A DNA stretch of 64,000 bases from Thermoanaerobaculia bacterium. Its GTDB lineage: Bacteria > Acidobacteriota > Thermoanaerobaculia > UBA5066. Position numbers and translations under genes: made by a program. Below the pieces are notes generated by a model. It was not told the DNA's origin, did no database searches, and was given only the letters and a program-made list of their open reading frames with translations. The stretch lies in NCBI GenBank assembly GCA_963719225.1, contig CAVRAY010000001.1, forward strand, positions 3,552,001 to 3,616,000, given 5' to 3'. Within the stretch, counting starts at the first letter, position 1; each line of letters begins with the position of its first letter. This document shows, in pieces, positions 39,729-50,436 of the stretch.

Positions 39729-41023
39729 GGCCTGGTCTCGTGCTCCGGGACGCCGGCGTCCGCGCGACTCACGCGCAGGCGGTGGATCCTCCGGCGGTCG
39801 GCCTCCTCGACGAGGAACTGAAGTCCCGCCTCGTAGGCGGTCTCGCCGGCCTTCGGGATGCGTCCGAGGCGCTCCGAGACGAGACCGGCCACGGTCTCGT
39901 ACTCGCCCGCGGGAAACGTCACCCCGAAAAGGCTCGCGATCTCCGGAACCCTCACGCGCCCCGCAACCGAGTACGAGCCGTCGTCCTGCGCGACGACCGG
40001 AGGCTGCTCCTCCTCGTGCTCGTCCGCGATCTCGCCGACGAGCTCCTCCACGAGGTCCTCGAGAGTCGCGAGGCCGGTGACGGCCCCGTACTCGTCGACG
40101 ACGATGGCGAGGGGCTGCCGCCGCCGGCGGAAGTCCGACAGAAGCGTCGCGACCGTCTGCGTCTCCGGGGCGAAGAAGACCTGGCGCGCGACGGGGCGCG
40201 CCGTCGCCGGCGGGTCGGGTCTGCGAAGCACGGTGAAAACGTCCTTGACGTGGACGACGCCCACGGGCTTGTCGATCGAGCCTTCGACGAGCGGCAGCCG
40301 CGTGAACTTCGTCTTCACGAAGAGATCCGCGACTTCGTCGAGCGGCGCGTCGGCCTCGGCGAACACGATGTCGGGCCGCGGCGTCATGACCTCGCCGACG
40401 GTGCGGTCACCGAAATCCACGGCACGCGTGATGAGCTCCTCCTCGTGTTTTTCGAGCAGGCCTTCCTCGCGCGCGACGTCCAGGAGCGCTCGCACCTCGG
40501 CGTCCTTCGTCGCGTCTTCCTTCTCCGGCGCAGGAACGGCGTTCGCCTCGGTCTCGTCCGTCTCCTTCTCCACGAGGCGCGACAGAACCGGGTAGAGCGG
40601 CGCCGCGAGAAAGTCCACCGCGGGAATCACCCAGGCGAAGGACTGCAGGAGCGCGTCTCCGCCGCGGCGGGCGACCCATCGGATGACGAGACTCTCGGCG
40701 AGGATCCACCCGAGCAGGATCACGACGGCGGAGAGGAGCCACGGCTCGCCGACCCCGAGGGCTGCGAGCGCCGATCCGAGGCACAGGAGGCCTCCGAGGA
40801 CGGCGCCCTGCGCGGTCAGGCGCACGGCGATGCGCGAGACCCGCACGTGCTCGGAGGCGAGAAGCGTTCCGAAACGGGACGGGTTCGCCTCGAGAAGGGC
40901 TTTTCGGCGGAGAACCGAGAGACTCTCGAGGGCCTGGGCGAAGCCCGAGAACAGGACGTAGACGATCGCGAAGAACGCGGCGAAGAGGAGCGCGACGCCG
41001 GCGCCGACGGCGAACCCGATCAC
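39725..41023 (-). CDS. HlyC/CorC family CNNM-CBS transporter
   Basis: N-terminal TMs, EVMTPR, RLPL and VVDEYG..GLATLEDLVEELVGEI. Confidence 0.92.
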   Translation of the reverse strand: MIGFAVGAGVALLFAAFFAIVYVLFSGFAQALESLSVLRRKALLEANPSRFGTLLASEHVRVSRIAVRLTAQGAVLGGLLCLGSALAALGVGEPWLLSAVVILLGWILAESLVIRWVARRGGDALLQSFAWVIPAVDFLAAPLYPVLSRLVEKETDETEANAVPAPEKEDATKDAEVRALLDVAREEGLLEKHEEELITRAVDFGDRTVGEVMTPRPDIVFAEADAPLDEVADLFVKTKFTRLPLVEGSIDKPVGVVHVKDVFTVLRRPDPPATARPVARQVFFAPETQTVATLLSDFRRRRQPLAIVVDEYGAVTGLATLEDLVEELVGEIADEHEEEQPPVVAQDDGSYSVAGRVRVPEIASLFGVTFPAGEYETVAGLVSERLGRIPKAGETAYEAGLQFLVEEADRRRIHRLRVSRADAGVPEHETRP

Positions 41024-41517
41024 GGCACGCCGTCCGGGCCCTCACCGAAGGCCGAGAGGAGGATTCGCCGCTGCATCCGGAACATCGTGCCGCCGTCCGT
41101 CTCGTGATCGTAGCCGAGAAGGTGGAGAAGGCCGTGGGCCAGGAGGATCTGGACCTCGCGCCCCAGGCCGTGCCCCCGGTGCCGGGCCTGCCGGGCCGCG
41201 TACGGCACGTCGATGACGAGGTCGCCGAGAAAGGAAGACGAAAGAGAAGAAAGAGAAGATTCTTCGAATGGAAAAGAGAGAACGTCCGTCGGGCGGTCGA
41301 TGCGACGGAAGCGGCGATTGAGCGTTCTCATCCGCGCGTCGCCGCAGAGGAGCACCGAGAGAGAAAGAGGGCGCCTCGCGCCCGCCTTCGAAAGGAGGCT
41401 GAGGGTCCAGGCACGCACGCGGGCGGCCGGCGGCGCTCCTTTCACCGAGACGACGACATCGACGCCGACATCTCTCGCGCGCTTCGTCGGTGCGGCGTGC
41501 CGCAATGCCCTATTCAC
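41020..41517 (-). CDS. ybeY: rRNA maturation RNase YbeY
   Basis: [13 protein letters not shown] and [11 protein letters not shown]. Confidence 0.95.
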   Translation of the reverse strand: MNRALRHAAPTKRARDVGVDVVVSVKGAPPAARVRAWTLSLLSKAGARRPLSLSVLLCGDARMRTLNRRFRRIDRPTDVLSFPFEESSLSSLSSSFLGDLVIDVPYAARQARHRGHGLGREVQILLAHGLLHLLGYDHETDGGTMFRMQRRILLSAFGEGPDGVP

Positions 41518-41554
41518 CTTCTAAGAAAATACGCCTTGACGAAAACCGGAGGCG

Positions 41555-42619
41555 CTACTCGCGAGCCGGGGCGGAAGGCTTGCCGTTCCCGTTGCCGTTC
41601 CCGTTCCCCTGACCGTTTCCGTTCGCGGCGGCCGCGTCGTCGGCCTTCTGCTTCTCGAAGATCTCGTAGGCGTTCACGACCGACTGCACGATGCGGTGGC
41701 GCACGACGTCGCGGTGGTCGAAGCGTACGAACTTCACGCCGTCGACACCCGTGAGAACGCGGTCGGCCTCCTTGAGGCCCGAGATCTTCCCCTGCGGGAG
41801 GTCGATCTGCGTCACGTCGCCCGTGACGACGGCCTTGCTCCCGAACCCCATGCGCGTGAGGAACATCTTCATCTGCTCGGAGGTGGTGTTCTGCGCCTCG
41901 TCCAGGATGACGAACGCGTCGTTGAGCGTGCGGCCGCGCATGAAGGCGAGCGGCGCGACCTCGATGATGTTGCGCTCGAGCATGCGCCCGACCTTGTCGT
42001 ATCCCAGGATGTCGTAGAGCGCGTCATGAAGGGGTCGGAGATAAGGGTTCACCTTCTCGGCCAGGTCTCCCGGCAGGAAGCCCAGCTTCTCGCCCGCCTC
42101 GACGGCCGGCCGGCAGAGCACGATGCGCTTCACCTTCTTCTCGATCAGGGCAGCCGCGGCCATGGCGACGGCGAGATAGGTCTTGCCGGTGCCTGCCGGC
42201 CCGATCGCGAACACGATGTCGTGCTCGAGAATGGCCTGCAGGTACTCCTGCTGACGCACGTTCCGCGGGGAGACGACCTGCCGGAGGGCCGGTCCGACGG
42301 AGCGGTTCTCGAAGAAATCGACGAGAGACGTCGATGGCTCTTCCTTCAGGATGCGGATCGCCGCCTCGAGGTCCGGTTTCTTCGGCGTGTACCCGCGCTC
42401 GATGAGCTTCGAGAAGTCCGAAAGGAGCCGCGTCGCGAGCGCCGTGCTCTCCGGGTCGCCCGAGACGGAGACCTCGCGCCCGCGCGCGGCGATCTCGACG
42501 CCGAAAGCGTCCTCGAGGAGCCGAAGGTTTTCGTCGTGAACACCGAAGAGCGCGCCGAGCCCCGCCTCGGGGAGGGTGAGCGGTATGGAGTCGGGTCGGA
42601 TGTGAGTGCGCGCCTCCAG
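41555..42619 (-). CDS. phoH: PhoH family ATPase
   Basis: [29 protein letters not shown] and DEAQN. Start uncertain (ORF extends to 42712). Confidence 0.93.
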   Translation of the reverse strand: MEARTHIRPDSIPLTLPEAGLGALFGVHDENLRLLEDAFGVEIAARGREVSVSGDPESTALATRLLSDFSKLIERGYTPKKPDLEAAIRILKEEPSTSLVDFFENRSVGPALRQVVSPRNVRQQEYLQAILEHDIVFAIGPAGTGKTYLAVAMAAAALIEKKVKRIVLCRPAVEAGEKLGFLPGDLAEKVNPYLRPLHDALYDILGYDKVGRMLERNIIEVAPLAFMRGRTLNDAFVILDEAQNTTSEQMKMFLTRMGFGSKAVVTGDVTQIDLPQGKISGLKEADRVLTGVDGVKFVRFDHRDVVRHRIVQSVVNAYEIFEKQKADDAAAANGNGQGNGNGNGNGKPSAPARE

Positions 42620-42735
42620 AAGGCATCTTAGCAGTCGCGTTCTCGGAGGGTCAATGGCCGGTGGCGTAGACCGCGGAGTTGCCTCTACAATCGCCCGGCC
42701 AGCGCACGACAACCATCACGAGGAGGATGTTCACC

Positions 42736-43326
42736 ATGTATACGATGACCCGCCGCTACGCCCTGCTGTCACTCGCCTCCCTCTTCGCGCTCGCCGTCAG
42801 CATTCCCGCCGCCGCCAGCTCCAAGAAGTTCACGGAGTCGGACGATGCGAAGCAGAACGACGAGCCCCAGGAGTACTTGAAGAACTACGACAAGCTGACG
42901 AAGGGGAAGGAGGCCGACTGGGTCTACTTCGCCGAAGGCGTCGACCTCAAGTCATTCAAGACCGTCTCGCTGAAGACATGGGGCACCACGAACAAGCACT
43001 CGCGCAGCAAGCACGCGGCCGAGTCGGGCCCCGAGTACCTGGAGCAGTGGATCAAGAGGTCCAAGAAGCTCGGCTGGACGGTCGTGAAGGACGGCGGCGA
43101 CCTGCGGATCGAGGGGAATGTCTTCAATGCCTGGGAGCCGAGCGGCGCCGCTCGCGTGTGGGGCGGCTGGGCGGCGAATCCCGGCGTGGGGATGGAGCTC
43201 GTCGCCAAGGACAAGTCGGGCAAGACGATCTTCGAGATCCGCCACAAGGCGAAGGGCTCCACGATGGAGGATGCCGTCGAGAACGGCCTCGAGAACATCG
43301 TCAAGACGCTCGAAGTCGGGAAGTAG
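42736..43326 (+). CDS. Exported hypothetical protein (DUF4410/DUF3313-like)
   Basis: AGGAGG RBS, signal peptide and host-like codon use; family assignment tentative. Confidence 0.65.
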   Translation: MYTMTRRYALLSLASLFALAVSIPAAASSKKFTESDDAKQNDEPQEYLKNYDKLTKGKEADWVYFAEGVDLKSFKTVSLKTWGTTNKHSRSKHAAESGPEYLEQWIKRSKKLGWTVVKDGGDLRIEGNVFNAWEPSGAARVWGGWAANPGVGMELVAKDKSGKTIFEIRHKAKGSTMEDAVENGLENIVKTLEVGK

Positions 43327-43390
43327 CGCAGCCGGCGTTTTGAGATTTCGTCGCAGGGCGATATAGGATCTCGCCATAGGAGGAGATCCC

Positions 43391-43957
43391 ATGAAAACCG
43401 CGTGCCGCCTGCTCACCCTCGCCGCGCTCGCCGCGGCGCCCCTGTTCGCCGAAGACAAGCCCATGGGCCCCCCGAAGCCCGCGCCCGAGATGTCGCAGCT
43501 TTCCTACATGGTCGGCACCTGGAACTGCGCCGGGAAGGCCTTCGCCTCCCCGTTCGGCCCCGAACATGCGAGCAAAGGTGTCGCCCACGCCCAGATGGCG
43601 TTGGGCGGATTCCGGCTCGTGATCCACTACGACGAGACGAAGACGGCCGCGAACCCGATGCCCTTCCACGTCCTGCAGGTCGTCGGCTGGGACCACGCCC
43701 AAAAGGCGTTCGACTCGCACTGCTTCGACTCCTTCGGCGGGGCGTGCACGCAGACCACGTCCGGCTGGAAGGGAGACGCACTCGTCTTCGAAGGCACCGG
43801 TCTCATGGGGGGGCAGAAGATGGGCGCGCGCGACACGTTCACGAAGGTGAGCGCGACCGAGATGAAGCACAAGGGCGAGATGCAGGGCGCGGACGGCACG
43901 TGGATGACGGGCGACGAAGAGACCTGCCGCAAGGCCGCCAAGACACCCGCGAAGTGA
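43391..43957 (+). CDS. DUF1579-like exported beta-barrel protein
   Basis: GGAGGAG RBS, signal peptide, PKPAPEM..L..MVGTW, LGGF and FDSFG. Confidence 0.75.
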   Translation: MKTACRLLTLAALAAAPLFAEDKPMGPPKPAPEMSQLSYMVGTWNCAGKAFASPFGPEHASKGVAHAQMALGGFRLVIHYDETKTAANPMPFHVLQVVGWDHAQKAFDSHCFDSFGGACTQTTSGWKGDALVFEGTGLMGGQKMGARDTFTKVSATEMKHKGEMQGADGTWMTGDEETCRKAAKTPAK

Positions 43958-43961
43958 TCGT

Positions 43962-44657
43962 CTAGGCCGCTTCGCTCGCCGAATCCTTCAGGATCCGCCC
44001 GTCGTGCACCTCGATGACGCGGCTCGCCCTTCGCGCGAGGCTCATGTCGTGCGTGATGACGATGACCGTGCCCCCGGCGCTCCACAGCTCCGTGAAGAGA
44101 CCCATGATGTCGCCGCCCGAGGCCGAGTCGAGGTTCCCCGTGGGCTCGTCGGCGAGGAGCATGTCGGGGGTCATCGCGAGAGCCCGCGCGACCGCGACGC
44201 GCTGCATCTGACCGCCCGAGAGCTCCGTGGGCTTGTGATCGAGCCGGTCCCCGAGGCCGACCTTCGCGAGCAGCTCCGCCGCCCGCGCGCGGCGCGCCTT
44301 CGGGGGGACGCCGCCGAAGAGCATCGGCATCTCGACGTTCTCCTGGGCGGAGATCTGCGGGAGGAGATTGAAGTTCTGGAACACGAACCCCACGCGGCGG
44401 TTCCTCACGTCGGCGAGCGCATCGCGCGAGAGCCCCGCCACCTTCTCGCCGCCGAGCTCGTAGGAGCCGCTCGTGGGCGTGTCGAGGCAGCCCAGGAGGT
44501 TCATGAGCGTCGACTTGCCGGATCCCGACGGACCCACGATCGCGACGAACTCGCCTTTCTTCACCGTGAAGCTCACGCCCTTCAGGGCCTCGACCTTCAC
44601 TTTCCCGGTGTCGTAGACCTTGCGAATCCCGTCCATCACGATGATGTCGTCCGCCAT
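43962..44657 (-). CDS. ABC transporter ATP-binding protein (MacB/LolD type)
   Basis: GPSGSGKST, FVFQNFNL, LSGGQ, ADEPTGNLD and ITHD. Confidence 0.95.
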   Translation of the reverse strand: MADDIIVMDGIRKVYDTGKVKVEALKGVSFTVKKGEFVAIVGPSGSGKSTLMNLLGCLDTPTSGSYELGGEKVAGLSRDALADVRNRRVGFVFQNFNLLPQISAQENVEMPMLFGGVPPKARRARAAELLAKVGLGDRLDHKPTELSGGQMQRVAVARALAMTPDMLLADEPTGNLDSASGGDIMGLFTELWSAGGTVIVITHDMSLARRASRVIEVHDGRILKDSASEAA

Positions 44658-44674
44658 GCCGTCTCCTTTTCTTT

Positions 44675-45937
44675 TCACTCGTAACGCAGCGTGGCCGCGG
44701 GGTCGATCGCGGCGGCGCGCCGCGCGGGGAAATAGCCGGCGAGAAGGCCGATCGCGCCGAGGATCGCCGCCGTCCCGACCGCGATGAGCGGCGACAGGGT
44801 GGGCCGCCCGAGGAACGCGAGCACGCGATTCGAACCGTCCGGGATGAGGCCGAGGCCGGTCACGATGAGAACGGCGATGACGAGGCCCGCCGCGCCCCCG
44901 ACGAGCGTGTAGACGAGCCCCTCGAGGACGAAGGGCCACGTGATCCACCGCGCCTTCGCCCCGAGCGCCATCTTCACGCCGATCTCGCGCGTGCGCTCCT
45001 TGACCACGGCGTACATGATGTTCGCGACGCCGATCCCGCCCACGAAGAGGGTCAGGACGCCGATGATCCCGAGGAAGATCTCGATGCCCAGAGAGACCCG
45101 CTGCCCGTTTCGCGACGTCTTGACGATGTTCCAGGTCGCGAGCGCCCGCTCGTCCGCCGGGTCGTAGCCGTACTTCGCGCCGAGGATCTCGTTCAGGCGC
45201 TTGAGCGCGCCCGCCATGTCGTCCGGCGTCCGCGACTGGATGAGGAGCACGTTGAGCCGGTCCCGGCCGAAGATCGCCTTGAACGTCGTCCATGGAATGA
45301 CGGCGTGGCTCTGGTCCGGCCCGCCGTAGACGCCCATCTGGGTCTTGTGCTGCATCACGCCGATGACGGTGAACGGCGAGCTGTTCACGAGGAGCGTCTT
45401 CCCGACGGGATCCTCCTTGCCGAAGATGTCCTTCGCCATCTCGTCGCCGAGGAAGAGGACCCGGCGCTTCTCGGCCTCGTCGGCCTCGGTGAAGAAGCGC
45501 CCGCCCGCCTGCGGATAGTGCTTGCGCGTCTCGCCGTAGATCGTGTTCGTGCCGAGGACGCGGCCGTTCACGGTCTTGCGCCCGTACGTGATGGCGGTGC
45601 GCCACGACACGCTCTCGCCGATGACGGCCGGGAGCTCCGGCATCCGGTCTGCCACGAACGACACGTCGTCCATCGTGAGGCGAATCGGGCGGCCCGGGGG
45701 CATTCCCTTCCAGGGCTTCGACGTCTCGTTCGGCCACATGACGGCGAGGTTCTCCCCCGTGGATCTCCGGTTCCGGTCCATCTGCCTCTTCAGCCCCTCG
45801 CCGAACGACAGCAGGAGGAGGATCGCGACCGTGCCCCACGCGATCGCCGCGATCGTAAGGGTCGCGCGCTTCTTCGCGAGCCGGGACGACTGCGTGAAGA
45901 GCGTCAGGACGACCGGAAGGGTCCGGCCGCCCCTCAC
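44675..45937 (-). CDS. ABC transporter permease (MacB/FtsX type)
   Basis: IAWG, GGIGVANIM and ERTREIGVKMALGA. Confidence 0.92.
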   Translation of the reverse strand: MRGGRTLPVVLTLFTQSSRLAKKRATLTIAAIAWGTVAILLLLSFGEGLKRQMDRNRRSTGENLAVMWPNETSKPWKGMPPGRPIRLTMDDVSFVADRMPELPAVIGESVSWRTAITYGRKTVNGRVLGTNTIYGETRKHYPQAGGRFFTEADEAEKRRVLFLGDEMAKDIFGKEDPVGKTLLVNSSPFTVIGVMQHKTQMGVYGGPDQSHAVIPWTTFKAIFGRDRLNVLLIQSRTPDDMAGALKRLNEILGAKYGYDPADERALATWNIVKTSRNGQRVSLGIEIFLGIIGVLTLFVGGIGVANIMYAVVKERTREIGVKMALGAKARWITWPFVLEGLVYTLVGGAAGLVIAVLIVTGLGLIPDGSNRVLAFLGRPTLSPLIAVGTAAILGAIGLLAGYFPARRAAAIDPAATLRYE

Positions 45938-47166
45938 AGCTTCATCGCCACGACCGGATCCAGCCGTGACGCCTCGCGCGCCGGGAACCATCCGGCGAGC
46001 AGGCCGATGAGCCCCAGGATCCCGATCGTGATCGCCGCGACGAGCGGCGACACCTCGGGGATCCCGACGGATTCGGTGAAGCCGAGCTTCGGGAAGGCCG
46101 CGCAGATGCCGAACGAGATCGCGAACCCGACGAGGCCTCCCACCGCGGTGACGAGCAGCGTCTCGAGGAGGAACTGGGTGAGGATGAAGCGCTGCCTCGC
46201 CCCGAGCGCCATCTTGATCCCGATCTCCTTCGTTCGCTCCTCGACGACGACGTTCATGATGTTCGAGACGCCGATACCGCCCACGACGAGCGTGAGGGAG
46301 CCGACGATGCCGAGAAAGCCGGTGAACGCGAGCATGAACGTGTCGAAGAACTTGAACTGTCCCGTCGTGTCCCAGACCGAGAGCGCTTCCTTGTCCTTCG
46401 GGTCGAACTTCTTGCGCTTGCCGAGGATTTCCAGGATGCGGGCCGTGAGGGGCTCCGTGTCGAACGTCGACTTCGCCTGGTAGATGACGTTGTTGACGTA
46501 CTTCTCGCCCGTGAGGGCCCTGTACGTCGTGCCCGGGATCGACGCCTTGTCGTTGTCGCGCCCGCTGTAGCTCGAGTCCTGCGTCTTGGTCTTGAGGACG
46601 CCGATGACGAGGAACGGAGAGTTTCCGAGCATGACGGTCTTCCCGAGCGGGTTTTCCTTGCCGAAGACGTTCTCGGCGAGCTTGTCGCCGAGGAAGAGGA
46701 CGCGCCGTTGCTCCTGCATGTCCGTCGGGTCGATGAAGCGGCCGCCTTCCTGCGGGATGAGGTTGCGCATGCGGCCGAACTCGGGCGACACGCCGGAGAC
46801 GTCCACGGGCCACGTCTTGAGGTCGAGGTGAAGCTTCATCGAGGTGTCGTACTCGCTCGAGACGCCGCCGAGCCCCTCAGCCTCGCGGCGGATCGCCTCG
46901 ATGTCCTCCTCCATGAGACGGATCTTCCGGCCCTTGCCGAGCCCCTGATAGGGGATGGAGGTGAGGCCGGGCCAGGCGATGCAGATGCGGTCTCCGAGGC
47001 CGGCCGTGTTCTTGATCATCTGCTTCTTGAGGCCGGTGCCGAAGGCCAGGAGCAGCGTCACGGCGACGGTTCCCCACACGATCCCGAACACGGTCAGGAA
47101 CGTCCGCAGCTTCTGGCTGCGCACGTCGCGGATCAGCTGGCGGAAGACTTCCTTGAGGGTCGTCAC
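45934..47166 (-). CDS. ABC transporter permease (MacB/FtsX type)
   Basis: RTFLTVFGIVWG, GGIGVSNIM and ERTKEIGIKMALGA. Confidence 0.92.
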   Translation of the reverse strand: MTTLKEVFRQLIRDVRSQKLRTFLTVFGIVWGTVAVTLLLAFGTGLKKQMIKNTAGLGDRICIAWPGLTSIPYQGLGKGRKIRLMEEDIEAIRREAEGLGGVSSEYDTSMKLHLDLKTWPVDVSGVSPEFGRMRNLIPQEGGRFIDPTDMQEQRRVLFLGDKLAENVFGKENPLGKTVMLGNSPFLVIGVLKTKTQDSSYSGRDNDKASIPGTTYRALTGEKYVNNVIYQAKSTFDTEPLTARILEILGKRKKFDPKDKEALSVWDTTGQFKFFDTFMLAFTGFLGIVGSLTLVVGGIGVSNIMNVVVEERTKEIGIKMALGARQRFILTQFLLETLLVTAVGGLVGFAISFGICAAFPKLGFTESVGIPEVSPLVAAITIGILGLIGLLAGWFPAREASRLDPVVAMKL

Positions 47167-47170
47167 GTGT

Positions 47171-48292
47171 CTAGGAGATTTCCTTGGGCGGTCTCTGAAC
47201 GACCCTGTCGCCCTTCTTCAAGCCGCTCACGACCTCCACGTTCATGCCATCCGAGATCCCGAGCTTCACCTCGATCTTCTTCGGCTCGACCTTGGTGCCT
47301 TTCGCCTTTTCGTCCGGGATCTCGACGAAGGTCTTCTTGCCGCCGTCCTCGAAGACGACGAGGCGCTCGGGAACCGTGAGGATGTCCTTCTTCTCGCGGA
47401 TGATGAGGTCCGCGTTCGCGGAGTACCCGGCGCGGAGCGTGGGGCCGCCGTCCTTGCGCACGAGCTCGATCTCCACGTCGAAGAGCGTCGCGCCCTCCTT
47501 TTGCTGCGCCTGAGGCGCGATGCGGGAGACCTTGCCCGTCACGACGTCCGTGGGAAGCGCACCGACCTTGATCCTCGCCGGGAGGTCGACGCGGAGCTTG
47601 CCGACGTCGATCTCGTCCACGGTGCCCTTGAAGATGAGGTCTCCCATGTCGGCGACCGTCGCCATCTCGGTCCCGGGCTGGTAGGACGTGAGCGGCACGA
47701 CCGGGTCGCCGGGATTCACGGCGCGGGTCAGGATCGTCCCGGCGGCCGGTGCCCGGATGATCGACTCGAAGCCGGTCGTCTCGGTCTTCGCGAGCCGCCC
47801 TTTCCTCGTCAGGTCTCGGCCCTGCTCCGCCTTGTTGAGGGCGACCTTCGCGAGTTCGAAGCTCTCGCGCTTCTGGTCGACGTCGGATTTCGGGAGGATG
47901 CCCTGCCGGGACATCTCCTCGGACCGGGCGAAGTCGAGCTGCGCGCGCTGGAACGTCGCTCGAGCCGAATCGACGGCGCGGTCCACCTCGGAGAGCTCGA
48001 GGGGCGTGGGGTCGGGCGCGATCTCGAACAGGGGGTCCCCGGCCTTCACCCGGTCGCCGACCTCGACCCGGCAGACCTTCACGATGCCTGAAATCTTGGA
48101 TTTGACCGAGAACTTCTGGCGAGGCTGGATCTGGCCGACCGCGACTGCTTTTTCCGTGATCGAGCCGAGCTGGGCGTCGACGAGCTTCATGCCGCCGTCG
48201 GCCTTCTTCCCGCCGCGGGTGAAGGCGTAAACGCCCGTGGCGGCTCCGGCGAGGACGACGAGAGCGAGAAGGGTTTTCAACAGCTTGCCCAT
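47171..48292 (-). CDS. Efflux periplasmic adaptor subunit (MacA type)
   Basis: N-terminal anchor, VKSKISG, IRAPAAG, VDEIDVG and LGISDG. Confidence 0.9.
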   Translation of the reverse strand: MGKLLKTLLALVVLAGAATGVYAFTRGGKKADGGMKLVDAQLGSITEKAVAVGQIQPRQKFSVKSKISGIVKVCRVEVGDRVKAGDPLFEIAPDPTPLELSEVDRAVDSARATFQRAQLDFARSEEMSRQGILPKSDVDQKRESFELAKVALNKAEQGRDLTRKGRLAKTETTGFESIIRAPAAGTILTRAVNPGDPVVPLTSYQPGTEMATVADMGDLIFKGTVDEIDVGKLRVDLPARIKVGALPTDVVTGKVSRIAPQAQQKEGATLFDVEIELVRKDGGPTLRAGYSANADLIIREKKDILTVPERLVVFEDGGKKTFVEIPDEKAKGTKVEPKKIEVKLGISDGMNVEVVSGLKKGDRVVQRPPKEIS

Positions 48293-48426
48293 ATCCGAAG
48301 CCTCCCGGGCGGAGCCCGATTTCCATAGGAATACGCCACTCGGCCGGGAAGGTTCCTCGCCTGAGAACGTGCCCAGAACATGAAAGGGGTTTTCCACGTA
48401 ATGTGGCCATGAGGAGGCCTCTTTTC

Positions 48427-50400
48427 ATGTCAAGGATTCGACTTTCGACGTTCGCGCGGGCGTCATTCGTCCTCGCGTTCGTCCTTCCCGTCTTCCCCCT
48501 TCCGGCGGAGCTTCCGCCCCTCATCTCCCGCGACGTCCTGTTCGGAAACCCCGAGCGGGCGAACCCGAAGCTCTCGCCCGACGGCCAGCGCCTCGCGTGG
48601 ATCGCGCCCGACAAGAAGAACGTCCTGCAGGTCTGGGTCAAGACCGTCGGCAAGGACGACGACAAGATGGTTACGGCCGACAAGAAGCGCGGCATCCGCC
48701 AGTTCTTCTGGGCCGAGAACAGCAAGATGCTGCTCTACCAGCAGGACAACGACGGGGACGAGAACTTCCACGTCTTCGGCGTCGATCTCGCTTCGGGCAA
48801 CGTGCGCGATTTCACGCCGTTCCAGGGCGTTCGAGCAGGCGTCGCGGACCTCAACCGCGACTTTCCCGACGAGGTTCTCGTCGAGGCGAACATCCGCGAC
48901 CGCCACTTCATGGACGTGCACCGGCTGAACCTGAAGACCGGCGCCCTGACGCTCGACACCGAGAACCCCGGCGACGTCGCGGGCTGGGGAGCGGACGCGA
49001 AGTTCCAGGTGCGCGCCGCGCAAATTCAGACGCCGGACGGTGGCACCGAGATTCGCCTCCGCGAGGACGTCAAGGCGCCGTGGAAGACGCTCCTCAAGGT
49101 CGGGCCCGATGAGCTCCTCGACTTCGAGGACTTTTCGCTCGACGGCAAGTCGGTAATCCTCAAGATCTCCATCGGCAGCGACACGGCGCGTCTCGTCGAG
49201 CGCAATCTCGCAACGGGCGCCGAAAAGGTGCTGGCCGTCTCGTCCGACGTGGACGCGGGCCCCGTCGTGATTCATCCGAAGACGCACGTCGTGCAGGCGG
49301 TCTCCTTCGCCCCGGGACGGGCCTCGTGGAAGGTGCTCGACCCCTCCGTTCAGGCGGACTTCGACGGCATCCCGAAGCTTCATGCCGGCGACTTCGCGCT
49401 CGTCAACCGCACCACCGCCGACGACGCCTGGCTCGTCGCCTTCACGTCGGACCGCGGGCCCGTGACCTGGTACAAGTGGGATCGCGCGACGAAGAAGGGA
49501 ACTCTTCTCTTCTCCGCACAGCCGAAGCTCGAGGGCCTCGCCCTCGCCGAGATGAAGCCGGTGGTCATCAGGTCTCGCGACGGGCTGAACCTGAATTCGT
49601 ATCTGACGCTGCCCGCGGGGGTGCCTGCGAAGAACCTGCCCATGGTCCTCTTCGTCCATGGCGGGCCGTGGGGGCGCGATGCCTGGGGTTACGACCCTTA
49701 CGCGCAGTGGCTCGCGAACCGCGGCTACGCCGTCCTCCAGACGAACTTCCGCGCCTCCACGGGCTACGGCAAGAAGTTCCTGAACGCGGGCAACCGCCAG
49801 TGGGGCCTGAAGATGCACGACGATCTCCTGGATACCGTGGACTGGGCGGTCAAGCAGGGTATCGCCGATCCGAAGAAGGTCGCCATCATCGGAGGCTCCT
49901 ACGGCGGATATGCGGCCCTCGCGGGCGTCACGTTCACTCCCGAGAAGTTCGCGTGCTCGGTCGACATCGTCGGGCCGTCGAACATCAAGACGCTCATCGC
50001 CGCCATTCCTCCCTACTGGAAGCCGATTCGCGCCATGTTCGACGTCCGCATGGGAAACGTCGACGACCCGAAGGACGCGGAGCTCATCAAGAACGCCTCG
50101 CCGCTCTTCAAGGCCGACAAGATCGTCCGGCCGCTCCTGATCGGACAGGGCGCGAACGACCCGCGCGTGAACGTCAAGGAATCCGAGCAGATCGTCGACG
50201 CGATCGAGAAGAACAAGGGCAACGTGACGTACGTCGTCTACTCGGACGAGGGGCACGGCTTCGCGCGCCCGGAGAACCGCATCGACTTCAACGCCCGTGC
50301 CGAGAAGTTCCTCGCCGGCTGCCTCGGCGGCCGCGTCGAGCCCATGCAGGGAGACAGGATTCCCGGCTCGACGGCGGTCGTGAAGGTCGTCGGAAAGTAA
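48427..50400 (+). CDS. S9 family peptidase (dipeptidyl/acylaminoacyl)
   Basis: Signal peptide, VHGGPW, GGSYGG, GANDPRV and DEGHG; GAGGAGG RBS before 48427. Confidence 0.94.
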   Translation: MSRIRLSTFARASFVLAFVLPVFPLPAELPPLISRDVLFGNPERANPKLSPDGQRLAWIAPDKKNVLQVWVKTVGKDDDKMVTADKKRGIRQFFWAENSKMLLYQQDNDGDENFHVFGVDLASGNVRDFTPFQGVRAGVADLNRDFPDEVLVEANIRDRHFMDVHRLNLKTGALTLDTENPGDVAGWGADAKFQVRAAQIQTPDGGTEIRLREDVKAPWKTLLKVGPDELLDFEDFSLDGKSVILKISIGSDTARLVERNLATGAEKVLAVSSDVDAGPVVIHPKTHVVQAVSFAPGRASWKVLDPSVQADFDGIPKLHAGDFALVNRTTADDAWLVAFTSDRGPVTWYKWDRATKKGTLLFSAQPKLEGLALAEMKPVVIRSRDGLNLNSYLTLPAGVPAKNLPMVLFVHGGPWGRDAWGYDPYAQWLANRGYAVLQTNFRASTGYGKKFLNAGNRQWGLKMHDDLLDTVDWAVKQGIADPKKVAIIGGSYGGYAALAGVTFTPEKFACSVDIVGPSNIKTLIAAIPPYWKPIRAMFDVRMGNVDDPKDAELIKNASPLFKADKIVRPLLIGQGANDPRVNVKESEQIVDAIEKNKGNVTYVVYSDEGHGFARPENRIDFNARAEKFLAGCLGGRVEPMQGDRIPGSTAVVKVVGK

Positions 50401-50406
50401 GCCAGG

Positions 50407-50433
50407 AGGCCCCCGGGCGACCGGGGGCCTTTC
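50407..50433. terminator. Hairpin terminator between convergent genes
   Basis: AGGCCCCCGG-gcga-CCGGGGGCCT followed by a short T run. Confidence 0.7.
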
Positions 50434-50436
50434 CCG

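Noticed and set aside
41575-41625. Short (ccgttg/ccgttc)n repeat
   Set aside because: It simply encodes the [14 protein letters not shown] tail of PhoH.
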